This document shows positions 27,108 through 42,210 of a stretch of DNA of 64,000 bases, piece by piece. Position numbers and translations under genes: made by a program. The notes below the pieces were generated by a model. The model did no database searches. It saw nothing but the letters and a program-made list of their open reading frames with translations, and was not told the DNA's origin. The stretch lies in NCBI GenBank assembly GCA_964016885.1, contig OZ024766.1, positions 11,780,001 to 11,844,000 of the forward strand. The letters are read 5' to 3'. The DNA is from Eledone cirrhosa. Lineage: Eukaryota. Within the stretch, counting starts at the first letter, position 1; every line of letters starts with the position of its first letter.

Positions 27108-27641
27108 TGTTATATAGGCACAAGGCCAGCAATTAGCCAGTGCTTTACTGGTACTTTATTTTGATTTAATAATGGGTTTGTTATATAGGCACAAGGCCAG
27201 CAATTACCCAGTGCATTACTGGTACTTTATTTTGATTTAATAATGGTTTCTTATATAGGCACAAGGCCAGCAATTAACCAGTGCATTACTGGTACTTTAT
27301 TTTGATTTAATAATGGTTTCTTATATAGGCACAAGGCCAGCAATTAACCAGTGCATTACTGGTACTTTATTTTGATTTAATAATGGTTTCTTATATAGGC
27401 ACAAGGCCAGCAAATACCCAGTGCATTACTGGTACTTTATTTTGATTTAATAATAATGGTTTCAGCAATTTTGGGGGAGGGGAAAGTCGATTAAATCGCC
27501 CCCAGTGCGTGACTGGTACTTTATTTTATAAACCCCACCGAAGGATGAAAGGCAAAGCTAAGCCGTAAAGGGACGTAACTCTGTGCCGCAAAGCATATTC
27601 GCCTGACACTATCGATTACTGTCAATCCATAACGATACTGC

Positions 27642-27645
<4 letters not shown>
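27108..27645 (-). mobile_element. Diverged SINE B with a 69-bp tail-derived tandem repeat
   Basis: ggcacaaggccagcaatta-ccagtgcattactggtactttatttt unit x5, then the reverse complement of the SINE body. Confidence 0.7.
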
Positions 27646-27672
<27 letters not shown>

Positions 27673-28144
27673 CAACCAATCCTTCCCCCCTCCCCCTCTA
27701 CAAGTAACATCCCCTGCTCCCACTGAAAATTTCTAACCTTGTGCCTATGTTAGCTCCAACTCACTCACTCTTCATTAGTCACAGGCAGAAGTCAGTAGAG
27801 CAACCGAGAACATGCACTGTGATGTTGGATGGATCGGTGGGGTGACGGACTGGTGGTGGGGACTGCTGAATTCCCTTCTGGCTCGGTTCAACCTTGAGTT
27901 CCCTTGAATGTTCGGTTCACAGTTTCCATTTTTATAGGGATCAACTTTGCCTATATTTATTTATTTTAACGATAAATGAAATAGTTTTTGTAAAATATAA
28001 TAATTTAACCCTTTAGCATTTAAACCGGCCGACCCCAGCCAGAATTTTTCTCACCTCTTTCTGTTCAAACCGGCTGTAACTGGTCACTCATGCTGATGTT
28101 AAGGTATTGTTCTCAAAATAAATAATATTATCAAAATCTCATAT

Positions 28145-29915
28145 ATAAGTGTTATGCGAGATATTATGTGAGGTAAAGCCTTTACTGTGAAAATACAATA
28201 GTGTATATAGAGTAATGTAAATGTTATGTGAGATATTATGTGAAGTAAAGCCTTTACTGTGAAAATACAATAGTATATATAGAGTAATGTAAATGTTATG
28301 TGAGATATTATGTGAGGTAAAGCCTTTACTGTGACAATACAATAGTATATATAGAGTAATGTAAATGTTATGTGAGATATTATGTGAGGTAAAGCCTTTA
28401 CCTGTGAAAATACAATAGTATATATAGAGTAATGTAAATGTTATGTGAGATATTATGTGAGGTAAAGCCTTTACTGTGAAAATACAATAGTATATATATA
28501 GAGTAATGTAAATGTTATGTGAGATATTATGTAAGGTAAAGCCTTTACTGTGAAAATACAATAGTATATATAGAGTAATGTAAATGTTATGTGAAAATAT
28601 TATGTGAGATAAAGCCTTTACTGTGAAAATACAATAGTATATATAGAGTAATGTAAATGTTATGTGAGGTAAAGCCTTTACTGTGAAAATACACTAGTAT
28701 ATATAGAGTAATGTAAATGTTATGTGAGATATTATGTGAGGTAAAGCCTTTACTGTGAAAATACAATAGTATATATAGTAATGTAAATGTTATGTGAGGT
28801 ATTATGTGAGGTAAAGCCTTTACTGTGAAAATACAATAGTATATATAAGAGTAATGTAAATGTTATGTGATATTATGTGAGGTAAAGCCTTTACTATGAA
28901 AATACAATAGTATATATAGAGTAATGTAAATGTTATGTGAGATATTGTGTGAGGTAAAACCTTTACTGTGAAAATACAATAGTATATATAGAGTAATGTA
29001 AATGTTATGTGAGATAAAGCCTTTACTGTGAAAATACAATAGTATATATAGAGTAATGTAAATGTTATGTGAGATATTATGTGAGGTAAAGCCTTTACTG
29101 TGAAAATACAGTAGTATATATAATGTAAATGTTATGTGAGATATTATGTGAGGTAAAGCCTTTACTGTGAAAATACAATAGTATATATAGAGTAATGTAA
29201 ATGTTATGTGAGATATTATGTGAGGTAAAGCCTTTACTGTGAAAATACAATAGTATATATAGAGTAATGTAAATGTTATGTTGAGATATTGTCTGAGGTA
29301 AAACCTTTACTGTGAAAATACAATAGTATATATAGAGTAATGTAAATGTTATGTGAGATATTATGTGAGGTAAAGCCTTTACTGTGAAAATTACAATAGT
29401 ATATATAGAGTAATGTAAATGTTATGTGAGATATTGTGTGAGGTAAAACCTTTACTGTGAAAATACAATAGTATATATAGAGTAATGTAAATGTTATGTG
29501 AGATATTATGTGAGGTAAAGCCTTTACTGTGAAAATACAATAGTATATATAGAGTAATGTAAATGTTATGTGAGGTAAAGCCTTTACTGTGAAAATACAA
29601 TAGTATATATAGAGTAATGTAAATGTTATGTGAGGTAAAGCCTTTACTGTGAAAATACAATAGTACATATAGAGTAATGTAAATGTTATGTGAGATATTA
29701 TGTGAGGTAAAGCCTTTACTGTGAAAATACAATAGTATATATAGAGTAATGTAAATGTTATGTGAGATATTATGTGAGGTAAAGCCTTTACTGTGAAAAT
29801 ACAATAGTACATATAGAGTAATGTAAATGTTATGTGAGATATTATGTGAGGTAAAGGCCTTTACTGTGAAAATACAATAGTATATATATAGAGTAATGTA
29901 AATGTTATGTGAGGT
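28145..29915. repeat. 72-bp minisatellite (60-bp variants)
   Basis: gtgaggtaaagcctttactgtgaaaatacaatag units. Confidence 0.95.
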
Positions 29916-30290
29916 AGCAGAATTTCAAAAAAATTAGGGGTCAAAATAAGGAAGGGCTGAAGGAGAGGGCTCATCAATAATTGTATGTGTGTCGGCATAA
30001 TAATAATAACAAGAACAACAACAATAATTGTTTCTGATTTAGGCACAAGGGCAACAATCTTTTGGAGGGGGTAGGGGAAAGTTGATTAAATCAACCCCAG
30101 TACATTACTGCTACTTTATTTTATCGACCCTGTAAGGATGAAAGGCAAAGCTAGCTTCAGCATGTAAAGGGCCATATCTCTATGCTTACACAGCATTTTG
30201 TCTGGTGCTCTACCGATTTCTACAATCTACCACCACCGCTGCCATAACAGTAATATGCCTCTTTATTGGCCACAAGGGTCCACATATAAG

Positions 30291-30322
<32 letters not shown>

Positions 30323-30487
30323 GTATATGTGTTATATATATATATACATGTTATATATATATATACACATATATATATATACACATATGCTATATATATA
30401 CATATGTTATACATATATATATACATATGTTTCATATATATATATATATATATATACATATATGTTATATATATATATATATATAAC

Positions 30488-30519
<32 letters not shown>

Positions 30520-30645
30520 GTTATATATATATACATATATGTTATATATATATATATACATATATGTTATATATATATATATACATATATGTTATATATA
30601 TATATATATATAACATATATGTATATATATATATATATATATAAC

Positions 30646-30696
<51 letters not shown>

Positions 30697-30836
30697 TGTT
30701 ATATATATATATATATACATATATGTTATATATATATATATATATATAACATATGTATATATATATATATATATATACATATGTTATATATATATATACA
30801 TATATGTTATATATATCTATATATATACATATATGT

Positions 30837-30870
<34 letters not shown>

Positions 30871-31909
30871 TATCACATATATACATATATATCACATATT
30901 ATATATATATATCACATATATATATATATATCACATATATATATCATATATATATATATATATATCACATATATATATATATATCACATATATATATCAT
31001 ATATATATATATATCACATATATATATATATATACATATATGTTATATATATATATATATATATATATATCACATATATATATCATATATAAACAGACAA
31101 GGGACATAACTACTGGCTCTTCTTCTCCCTCTCTTCACCCTACACCCTTTTATTCCTTCATCCCACCCACCCACCCCCCACAATTCCAATAGACGGCGTC
31201 ATTAGCAGACTCATTAACACATCAGATACAATGCTTCGCGACATTAGACCCATCTTGTTGCGTGCTCTGAGTTCATATTCCGCGGAGGTTGATATATGTA
31301 AAGTAGCAGTCCAGTAAGGGGGTTGATTCTTACCCCTATCCTCTAGAAAAAAAAATCAGCTGTGTTCAGACCTGGAAAGGGTTGGGCTCCGCCAGGATTA
31401 TAAGTGCCCTAGAGCCCTAGAGACGCTGTTTGAAGGTACCTCTACGGCTCAACAAACAGTTATAGGATTTTTATCCTTTTTATCTATCTTGATTTATTGA
31501 TATTTTATTTGAGTGACCTGAATCTTCCTGGTCGTTATTTTTCGGCTGTACGGGTGATTTTAGGCATAATCTCTATGTGTTGGTAATTTCACGATGGTTA
31601 TAGCTCTGATTTATCCAAATTATTGAGCCCTCTGCCACACATATCGGATATTGTTTATCGTTAATTCGTGAGCTGTTTTTCCGATTCTCGATTATTCTAC
31701 TATATATATATATATATATATAGATATATTACGGGTATAAATTTATGGTACCCGTTTATGTGTGTTGTATTGAGGTAAATATCTTTGTGTCTATTGTGGC
31801 ATTTATACAAAACCTTACTTATTGAGTATACTAAGATGCAACCGGTACTAGCAGACAAACCTGATGCTAGACTTGTCAACTTCTTAATAAATATATATAT
31901 ATATGTATA

Positions 31910-31943
<34 letters not shown>

Positions 31944-32057
31944 ATGTATTTTGCAATACACTTTATGCTTAATTAAAAGCATTTTGAAGACCGTAAGCTA
32001 TTGTTTTAAAGTAGTGACAAATTCACTCACTTTGATCTCAGCAAACAGGGGTGATAA

Positions 32058-32099
32058 GCCGACAAGACTTGTTTCGCTTTGGTTGAAGCTTATCAAGGC
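32058..32099 (-). ncRNA. Degenerate hammerhead between ~105-bp inverted repeats
   Basis: gcc-TTGATAA-gctt..aagc-GAAA-caagtcttg-TC-ggc. All three stems intact, two core substitutions. Confidence 0.55.
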
Positions 32100-32310
32100 C
32101 AACTACCCCACCTGCTTACTGAGATCATTGATGTTATATTCTTATAGAAATCTAGTAAATAATGTTTGCTGAGATCAAAGTGAGTGAATTTGTCACTACT
32201 TTAAAACAATAGCTTACGGTCTTCAAAATGCTTTTAATTAAGCATAAAGTGTATTGCAAAATACATTATATATACATCCATATATATATATTGCTATTTC
32301 AGAGCTCCAA

Positions 32311-32343
<33 letters not shown>

Positions 32344-32500
32344 TACGGGTATAAATTTATGGTACCCATTTATGTGTGTTGTATTGAGGTAAATATCTTT
32401 GTGTCTATTGTGGCATTTATACAAAACCTTTCTTATTGAGTATACTAAGATGCAACCGGTACTAGCAAGCAAACCTGATGCTGGACTTGTCAACTTCTTA

Positions 32501-32561
<61 letters not shown>

Positions 32562-32710
32562 TGTGTACCATTCGAGTACTTGGGTCGATTCTTACTCTAT
32601 AGAAGAAAAAACACACAGGTTTAAAAGGGCCCTAGACATGCCGCATGAGGGTGTCTCTATGACCCGACAAGGAGTTTTGGGATCTTTATCTTTTTATCTA
32701 TCTATCTACA

Positions 32711-32768
<58 letters not shown>

Positions 32769-32785
32769 AACGAGTAGGACCCCGA

Positions 32786-32831
<46 letters not shown>

Positions 32832-32861
32832 GTGTATATATATATATATAAATATATGTAC

Positions 32862-32897
<36 letters not shown>

Positions 32898-33242
32898 GTA
32901 TATATATATATAAATATACGTATATATATACGTATATATATGTATATATAAATATACATATATATATATATATATATAGGAACGAGTAGGACCCCGACGA
33001 TATATATATACGTATATATATATATATATATAAATATACGTATATATATATGTATATATAAATATACGTATATATATATGTATATATAAATATACGTATA
33101 TATAGATATATATAAATATACATATATATATATATAAAGTTAAAACAATGAAATAAAAATTCAAGTCATATATATAAATATACATACATATGCATATATA
33201 TAAATATACATACATATACATATATATATATATATACATATC

Positions 33243-33283
<41 letters not shown>

Positions 33284-33570
33284 CATTCCAGTACTGGTGT
33301 CGATTATTCCTGTATAGAAAAAAAAAAAAAAATCAGCTGTGTTCAGACCTGGAAAGGGTTGGGCTCCGCCAGGTTTTAAACGTGTCCTAGACATGCTGTA
33401 TTAGGGTGCCTCTATGACCCCCACAAGGAGTTATAGTAGGGGCTCTTTATCCTTTTTTGTTATCCATATTTCAATCCCTGTAACCCACCACCACCACCAC
33501 CACCACCACCATCCTTCTCTGAAAATTTTGAGGCCTTGTGTCTAACTGTTAGAAACAATTGCTATCACTA

Positions 33571-33608
<38 letters not shown>

Positions 33609-33609
33609 G

Positions 33610-33658
<49 letters not shown>

Positions 33659-33738
33659 CATTAACATTCTGTTTCCTGTTTCTTCATTATTAGGGCTATA
33701 TAAAGATGTTTGGTGCTGAGACACCACCAATAAATATA

Positions 33739-33775
<37 letters not shown>

Positions 33776-33919
33776 GTATGTATACATAAAAAAAAATATA
33801 TATATATATGTATGTATGTATACATAAAAAAAAATATATATATATATGTATGTATATAAATATATATATATGTAAGTATGTATACATAAAAAAAATATAT
33901 AAATATATATATATGTATG

Positions 33920-33953
<34 letters not shown>

Positions 33954-34000
33954 TATGTATGTATATGTATGTATATATATATATGTATGTATATGTATGT

Positions 34001-34069
<69 letters not shown>

Positions 34070-34193
34070 TATGTATATATATATATGTATATATATATAT
34101 GTATATATATATATGTATATATATGTATATATATATATGTATATATATATATGTATATATATATATGTATATATATATATGTATATATATATG

Positions 34194-34276
<83 letters not shown>

Positions 34277-34305
34277 GTATATATATATATGTATATATAT
34301 ATATG

Positions 34306-34337
<32 letters not shown>

Positions 34338-34389
34338 TGTGCACATCTTGCGTGGGACTAAATTCCATTTTTCATATATACATACATAC

Positions 34390-34438
<49 letters not shown>

Positions 34439-34635
34439 GAAATATAAAGAAATGTCTAACCAGAGTGTCACCACCATCTTTCAAACCATTAAACCTTCAC
34501 AATCACAACAAAGGTGTTTTTTAAAACTACATTTTACGATATATATATATATATACATATATACATATATACATATATACGTGTGTATATATGCATACAT
34601 ATATATACACATGTATGCATATATATATACATGTG

Positions 34636-34679
<44 letters not shown>

Positions 34680-34774
34680 CACATATACACATATATATAT
34701 ATGTGTGTATATATATATATGTATATATGCATACATATATATACACATGTATGCATATATATATATATATATAC

Positions 34775-34816
<42 letters not shown>

Positions 34817-35030
34817 GTATGCATATATATATATACATGTATATGTATATATATATATATATATATGCATATATATAGTACATGCATATATACATATATA
34901 TACATAAGTATGTATATATAATATATATATACCATTATGATAAAAATTATATTGAATTGCATTACATAACAACACATTTATTTTTTACGTGTTAACACAT
35001 TATATATACACGTTAAATATATATTATACA

Positions 35031-35062
<32 letters not shown>

Positions 35063-35309
35063 GATATATATATATGTATACACATATATTACATATATAA
35101 AAAAAAAAACAAAAAATAAATATTCACTGGGTCTTTTTATTTTTTTTTTTATCATTTTTTTTTCTTTGTTTTTCATGTATTTTTAAAAATTATTGTATTT
35201 GAAAATTGAAAAAAAGGGTTAACTGGGATTTAATTTTTATTTTCAAGGAAGACTTCGTGGCTTGGAGATCAGTGAGTCACTCAGGTGGAGCTAAGTTATT
35301 TCTCCGACT

Positions 35310-36786
35310 TGAGAGATCACAGCTCTGATATTACAGACATGTAATTAGAATCTCTCAGGAAAGTATCTCTGAATTGAGAGATCACAGCTCTGATACTACA
35401 GACATGTGGTTGGAATGTCTCAGGAAAGAATCTCTGAATTGAGAGATCACAGCTCTGATACTATGGACATGTCGTTAGAATGTCTCAGGAAAGAATCTCT
35501 GAATTGAGAGATCACAGCTCCGATACTATGGACATGTGGTTAGAATGTCTCAGGAAAGAATCTCTGAATTGAGAGATCACAGCTCTGATACTATGGACAT
35601 GTGGTTAGAATGTCTCAGGAAAGAATCTCTGAATTGAGAGATCACAGCTCTGATACTATGGATATGTGGTTAGAATGTCTCAGGAAAGAATCTCTGAATT
35701 GAGAGATCACAGCTCTGATACTATGGACATGTGGTTAGAATGTCTAGGGAAAGAATCTCTGAATTAAGAGATCACAGCTCTGATACTATGGACATGTGGT
35801 TAGAATGTCTCAGGAAAGATCTCTGAATTAAGAGATCACAGCTCTGATACTATGGACATGTGGTTAGAATGAGTCAGGAAAGAATCTCTGAATTGAGAGA
35901 TCACAGCTCTGATACTATGGACATGTGGTTAGAATGTCTAGGGAAAGAATCTCTGAATTAAGAGATCACAGCTCTGATACTATGGACATGTGGTTGGAAT
36001 GTCTCAGGAAAGATCTCTGAATTAAGAGATCACAGCTCAGATACTATGGACATGTGGTTAGAATGAGTCAGGAAAGAATCTCTGAATTGAGAGATCACAG
36101 CTCTGATACTATGGACATGTGGTTAGAATGCCTCAGGAAAGAATCTATGAATTGAGAGATCACAGCTCTGATACTATGGACATGTGGTTAGAATGTCTGA
36201 GGAAAGAATCTCTGAATTAAGAGATCACAGCTCTGATACTATGGACATGTGGTTAGAATGTCTCAGCAAAGAATCTATGAATTGAGAGATCACAGCTCTG
36301 ATACTATGGACATGTGGTTAGAATGTCTGAGGAAAGAATCTCTGAATTGAGAGATCACAGCTCTGATACTATGGACATGTGGTTAGAATGTCTCAGGAAA
36401 GAATCTCTGAATTGAGAGATCACAGCTCTTATACTATGGGTATGTGGTTAGAATGGCTCAGGAAATAATCTCTGAATTGAGAGATCACAGCTCTGATACT
36501 ATGGACATGTGGTTAGAATGTCTCAGGAAAGAATCTTTGAACTGAGGGATCACTGCTCTGATACTATGGACATGTGGTTAGAATGTCTCAGGAAAGAATC
36601 TCTGAATTGAGAGATCACAGCTCTGATACTACAGACATGTAGTTAGAATGTCTCAGGAAAGAATCTCTGAACTGAGAGATCACAGCTCTGATACTATGGA
36701 CATGTAGTTAGAATGTCTCAGGAAAGAATCTCTGAATTGAGAGATCACAGCTCTGATACTATGGACATGTGGTTAGAATGTCTCAG
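35310..36786. repeat. 65-bp minisatellite
   Basis: gagagatcacagctctgatactatggacatgtggttagaatgtctcaggaaagaatctctgaatt x~23. Confidence 0.95.
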
Positions 36787-36787
36787 T

Positions 36788-36990
36788 TAAGAAAAACTGG
36801 ACAGATTTTACCAGGAAAACCAATAGGGGTAGATGCCAAGCAAGATGGTTGGATAACATCCATGAGCTTGGCTGGTCTCGCTTGGGGATCCAGCCTCATC
36901 AATTGGAAATGGTTGCTTCTGATGGGACCCACTGTATGATATGTTTGAGGACTCTGGCCCGCACAATCCCACCCAGGAATAAGTGGACAA
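36788..36990 (+). mobile_element. Decayed RTE-like LINE 3' fragment
   Basis: RGRCQARWLDNIHELGWSRLGIQPHQLEMVASD resembles the RTE/Rex3 C-terminus. Confidence 0.5.
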
Positions 36991-37738
36991 AGAAGAAGTG
37001 TATATAGTGATGAGACTGGTGCCAAACTGTATCAGACTTTCTCTTGGATAACATGACATATGACAGGCAAAACCTACTAGCACGACACCCAGAGTAGACC
37101 TGAAGCAAGAGAGTTGCATAATGTCCATAACGTTGGGCACATTAGAGAACATAGAGATAAAGATTATATCCACACAGAAAAGATGCAGTGTTCAGACAAA
37201 TCACAGAGGCAACAAATATAAAGGAACTCCAACCAAAATTAAACAGAAAACATGAGTGGAATAACAACATCACAAGTAGTAATTAAGGACAAAATGAAGA
37301 CATACAGACACATACATAAACCAAACTAACGAAACAAATCAGACACACACAGATAGAACAACCAACCAACTAGTGACAAGTAAATAAATACATAAATAAA
37401 AACACACAGAAAAAAAAAAAAAAAGATGGTGTAGGACAAGAAAGGAAAGACAAAATACAAACTTAGTCACTGAGGAGGTCACAGAACTTGTGACGAAAGA
37501 GCTTTGACAATATATAAACAACCTTCCTGTTATCGAACCAACCGACCTACCGGAAATTTATAATAAATTGAAGTGAAATCCAACAGGTGCATGTGTTTCT
37601 TATTGGCAACATGACCCTCCCAAAGTATAACAATATCTGTTTCAACACATGTTTTCAGATCAGAAATCGTACAAAACAAATTCAAAAACGAATTATATAT
37701 ATATATATAGTTATGTAATAAACAACATAAGATAATTA

Positions 37739-37799
37739 TTTCATTTACCAGTGGTTTCTTGAAAGCAAACAAAATTTGCTTTCAGTCATCAGAATGAAA
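37739..37799 (-). ncRNA. Type-I hammerhead ribozyme motif
   Basis: tttcatt-CTGATGA-ctgaaagcaaa..tttgctttcaa-GAAA-ccactgg-TA-aatgaaa. Confidence 0.8.
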
Positions 37800-38134
37800 A
37801 AATCCTGGTGTATTTTAAAAACAAAAATATAATAAATATGAAAGTGAGGCTGGAATATATATCATCATCATCATCATCACCGTTTTACGTCCGTTCTTCC
37901 ACGCTAGCATGGGTTAGACGGGTTGTCCTGTTGTGGGCAGTGTCTGGTCGGCTGACCATGCCTTGCTCATACAGGAACTGATCTGGCTTGATTTCTACAG
38001 CTGGATGCCCTTCCTAACACCAACCTCATTTACAGTGAGTGCTGGGTGCTTTTTCGTGGCGCCTACACGTCCACTTTACAGTGTGGGCTGGGTGCTTTTT
38101 TGCCGTGGCACCTCCACGACCACCTTGCGGTGGG

Positions 38135-38401
38135 GGGGGGGCATATTGTTTATATGCTTCAGCATGTACCCATGGGAGGTCGGGTACCCTGTATTACTGC
38201 GTGACGCCAGAAGTCACGGTCGTGTGTCATTGACTTTGAGAGGTGTAGTTGGGTAAGGTCGGCTTTTATCACCTCATCCCAAGTCATCTTGGGTCTCCCC
38301 ACTCCGCGGTTTCCATCAACTTCTAGTGCTCTGCACCTTTTTATGCAGCTGTCATCCTTCATACGCATCACATGTCCATACCAGCGTAACCGCCTCTCCT
38401 G
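38135..38401 (-). mobile_element. RTE-clade LINE 3' fragment
   Basis: RRLRWYGHVMRM...RGVGRPKMTWDEVIKADL, same family as 52200-53250. Confidence 0.8.
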
Positions 38402-38447
38402 TATATATATATATATAAGAACAAAAGATGGTTAAAAGAGTTCCATG

Positions 38448-38518
38448 TATTTTATTATGCGCATTTCAAAAACAAACATCATCATGCATTAATATTTGTG
38501 TTTTCATCAGATAAAACA
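38448..38518 (-). ncRNA. Minimal type-I hammerhead ribozyme motif
   Basis: Same family as 26581 and 47116. Confidence 0.75.
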
Positions 38519-38664
38519 GGAAGACATGATATGAAGGCTAAAAAACACTTGTGGATAGTGCAGTTTTAAATCAACATATGAGAAGTAGTTTTAGATTGAT
38601 GTGTGATATTGGGGAAAAAATATTTTATTTAGAGGCGGGTGGGGGTTGGAAAGGATGAAAAAAA

Positions 38665-38698
<34 letters not shown>

Positions 38699-38700
38699 AT

Positions 38701-38903
38701 AGGGAAAAGAGTCAGGACCTCGACACCTGAGCCCCGGCCGTTTCGATAGCTAAATCCAAAGAGTTTGGATCTAGCTGTCAAAATGGCTGGAGCTCAGCCG
38801 TCGAGGTCCTGACTCTTTTCCCTATTACCCACTCTTCTATTCTAAGTATTGAGTACTCTGGTGTGTTATGGTCCATCTGGTTCCTTGCCACACTTTCTTC
38901 ATT
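38701..38903 (+). mobile_element. Diverged copy of the 1467 hairpin element
   Basis: Palindrome 38701-38824 plus the same tail. Confidence 0.75.
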
Positions 38904-39024
38904 ATATATATATATATATATGTGTATGTATATATATATAAATATATGTATATATGTATGTATATATATATGTAAATATATGTATATATGTATGTATATA
39001 TATATATATATATGTAAATATATG

Positions 39025-39064
<40 letters not shown>

Positions 39065-39092
39065 AATATATGTATGTATATATATATATATG

Positions 39093-39123
<31 letters not shown>

Positions 39124-39196
39124 GTATGTATGTATATATATGTAAATATATGTATATATGTATGTATGTATATATATGTAAATATATGTATATATG

Positions 39197-39265
<69 letters not shown>

Positions 39266-39316
39266 ATATATATATATATATATATGTAAATATATGTATG
39301 TATATATATATATATG

Positions 39317-39347
<31 letters not shown>

Positions 39348-39412
39348 GTATGTATGTATATATATGTAAATATATGTATATATGTATGTATGTATATATA
39401 TGTAAATATATG

Positions 39413-39448
<36 letters not shown>

Positions 39449-39558
39449 TATATGTATGTATATATATATATATGTAAACATGTATATATGTATATATGTA
39501 TGTATATGTAAATATATGTATATATGTATGTATATATATATATGTATATATGTATAAA

Positions 39559-39592
<34 letters not shown>

Positions 39593-40102
39593 CAACCTGT
39601 CGCATTGTCGGGTCGTCGGCGACTAAACTGGCAACCCCACCAAGTTTACCTGAAGAGGGTGACTTTGGACACCCTGCAGGACAAAAAACAAAACCTGACA
39701 AAGGGCGGAAGAACTCATAAGAGTCAACGGCCATCCAAAAGTGTGTAAATATGTTTATACACATGTAAATGTGTATGTATATGTGTATATAGATGGGTGC
39801 GTGTGTATGTATATACGCGGGGACATAGAAATAGTTGGGCTGGACACCAGATCACGCGGTTAAACCACTGGAAGTGAAGGACACCTGGCCCTTGTCAGGG
39901 CATTCTTCTAGGAGAAGGTAACTCAGGAAACTGGGTTAACTCCGATATAAAACCTGCGGCTCAGTAGTTACCGATGATGTTGATCTTTTCTTCTTTCCAG
40001 GTTATAGCTACTGTCTCTCAGAGAGTGGGATTGGCTCAGTGCACAGTCTTTCCTCACTTTAAAATATATCTTCACACACAGGCATTGCACGATAGAATTA
40101 AT

Positions 40103-40290
40103 TAATTGTTTCTACTTTAGGCACAAGGCCAGCAATTACCCAGTGCATTACTGGTACTTTATTTTATCGACCCCGTAAGGATGAAAGGCAAAGTCAACCT
40201 CGGCGGGATTTGAACTCAGATCGTAAAGGGACGTAACTATGCTGGAAAGCATGGCGTCCGACCTTCTACCGATACTGCCAATCCACCGCC
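40103..40290 (-). mobile_element. SINE family B full copy
   Basis: Reverse complement of 48939-49125. Confidence 0.85.
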
Positions 40291-40509
40291 CTTAATTAAT
40301 AATTATTAATAATGGTATATTGTGAAATGGCCATACTCGATAACGAGGGGGCAACTATCATATATATATGTATATATATATATCTATATCTATCTATCTA
40401 TCTATATATATATATATATATATCTAAACCCATGCTAGTGTGGAAGATAAACGTTGATGCTGATGAGGATGATGATGATAATTATGTAATAAACAACATA
40501 AGACAATTA

Positions 40510-40582
40510 TTCCATTTACCAAAGGTTTCACGAAGACAGACGAGCTCAATAGAGACGTCTGAAATCGCTCATCAGAATGAAA
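40510..40582 (-). ncRNA. Type-I hammerhead ribozyme motif
   Basis: tttcatt-CTGATGA-gcga..cagacg...cgtctg..tcgt-GAAA-cctttgg-TA-aatggaa. A decayed inverted partner lies at 40846-40905 (+). Confidence 0.75.
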
Positions 40583-40941
40583 ATTTAATATGGACGTAAT
40601 AGCTCTGTAGCCTACATAGAGCACTCTCCTTTCCTTTACCCTTCCTACGGAAATACTTCATATATATGGAGGCAGATGGCAGCCATCATGTATATATATA
40701 TATATTTATTTATGTGTGTATTAAATATTTCCCTAGAAAAGGTAAAGGAAAGAAGAGTGCTCCATGTATAGTACAGAGCTATTTGGTTATATAATAAACA
40801 ACACAGTATAATTGTTCCATTATGGAAGTAAACATCCATATTACATTTTCCTACTGATGAACAACTTCGGACGCCTGTCTTCATGAAACCTTGGGTGATG
40901 GAATAATTATATTGTGTGCTTATTACATCATATGTATATGT

Positions 40942-40977
<36 letters not shown>

Positions 40978-41008
40978 GTGTGTGTATATATATGTGTGTG
41001 TGGGTGTG

Positions 41009-41039
<31 letters not shown>

Positions 41040-41114
41040 ATATATATATGTGTGTGTGTGTATATATATATATATGTGTGTGTGTGTGTATATATATGTG
41101 TATGTGTGTGTGTG

Positions 41115-41145
<31 letters not shown>

Positions 41146-41358
41146 GTATGTGTGTATGTATATATGTATGTATGTGTGTGTGTATATATATATGTGTGTG
41201 TATACATGTGTGTGTGTGTATATATATATGTGTGTGTGTATATATATATATATGTGTGTGTGTGTATATATATATGTGTGTGTATATATATATATATGTA
41301 TGTGTGCGTATATATATATGTGGGTGTATATATATATATGTGGGTGTATATATATATA

Positions 41359-41416
<58 letters not shown>

Positions 41417-41788
41417 TAAACGGAATAGAAAATGCTGACAAATTGTTCACAGTTGAAAAATGGTTTAATTAGGAATAAAAGAGTATTAGTGATTGTATGG
41501 GTTAGTATTCAGTTGTGGTTTTAAGTTTTTAAGTTTTTAAGTTTTTAAGTTTTAAGTTTTTAAGTGCAGATCAGAGCAAACAGCACGGACACTCTATCTC
41601 AAATTTATTTTTGAAAAGCATTTAGAAATGCGCAACCGGTAAAAACTTAAAAGCTTAAAACCACAACTGAATACTAACCCATACAATCACTAATACTCTT
41701 TTATTCCTAATTAAACCATTTTTCAACTGTGAACAATTTGTCAGCATTTTCTATTCCGTTTAACTTGTGTGTTACACCTCTATTCTTT

Positions 41789-41854
<66 letters not shown>

Positions 41855-41856
<2 letters not shown>

Positions 41857-42052
41857 AACGAGTAGGACCCCGACGGCTGAGCTCAAGCCGTTTCGACGGC
41901 TAATTCTGGACTAAATTCAGAATTAGACGTCGAAACGGCTTGAGCTCAGCCGTCGGGGTCCTACTCGTTCCTATTACCCACTCTACTACCCTAAGTATTG
42001 AGTACTTTGGTGCGTTAAGGTCCACCTGGTTCCTTACCACATTTCCTTCGTT
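41855..42052 (+). mobile_element. Copy of the 1467 hairpin element
   Basis: Palindrome 41855-41971 plus the same tail, flanked by (TA)n. Confidence 0.75.
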
Positions 42053-42087
42053 ATATATATATATATATATACACATATGTATATGTA

Positions 42088-42118
<31 letters not shown>

Positions 42119-42166
42119 TATATAAAATAAACAAAGAAGCCTTCAATACATCAACAATCTTTATTT

Positions 42167-42210
42167 GCCGACAGTGTTTCGTCCCATTAACCAGGACTCA
42201 TCGGAGATTG
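42167..42210 (-). ncRNA. Degenerate hammerhead motif
   Basis: CCGATGA-gtcc..ggac-GAAA-cactg-TC, with a poor stem I. Confidence 0.45.

Noticed and set aside
28145-36786. CRISPR-like or tandem-retrozyme arrays
   Set aside because: Head-to-tail units without unique spacers, no cas genes, and no hammerhead core within the units.
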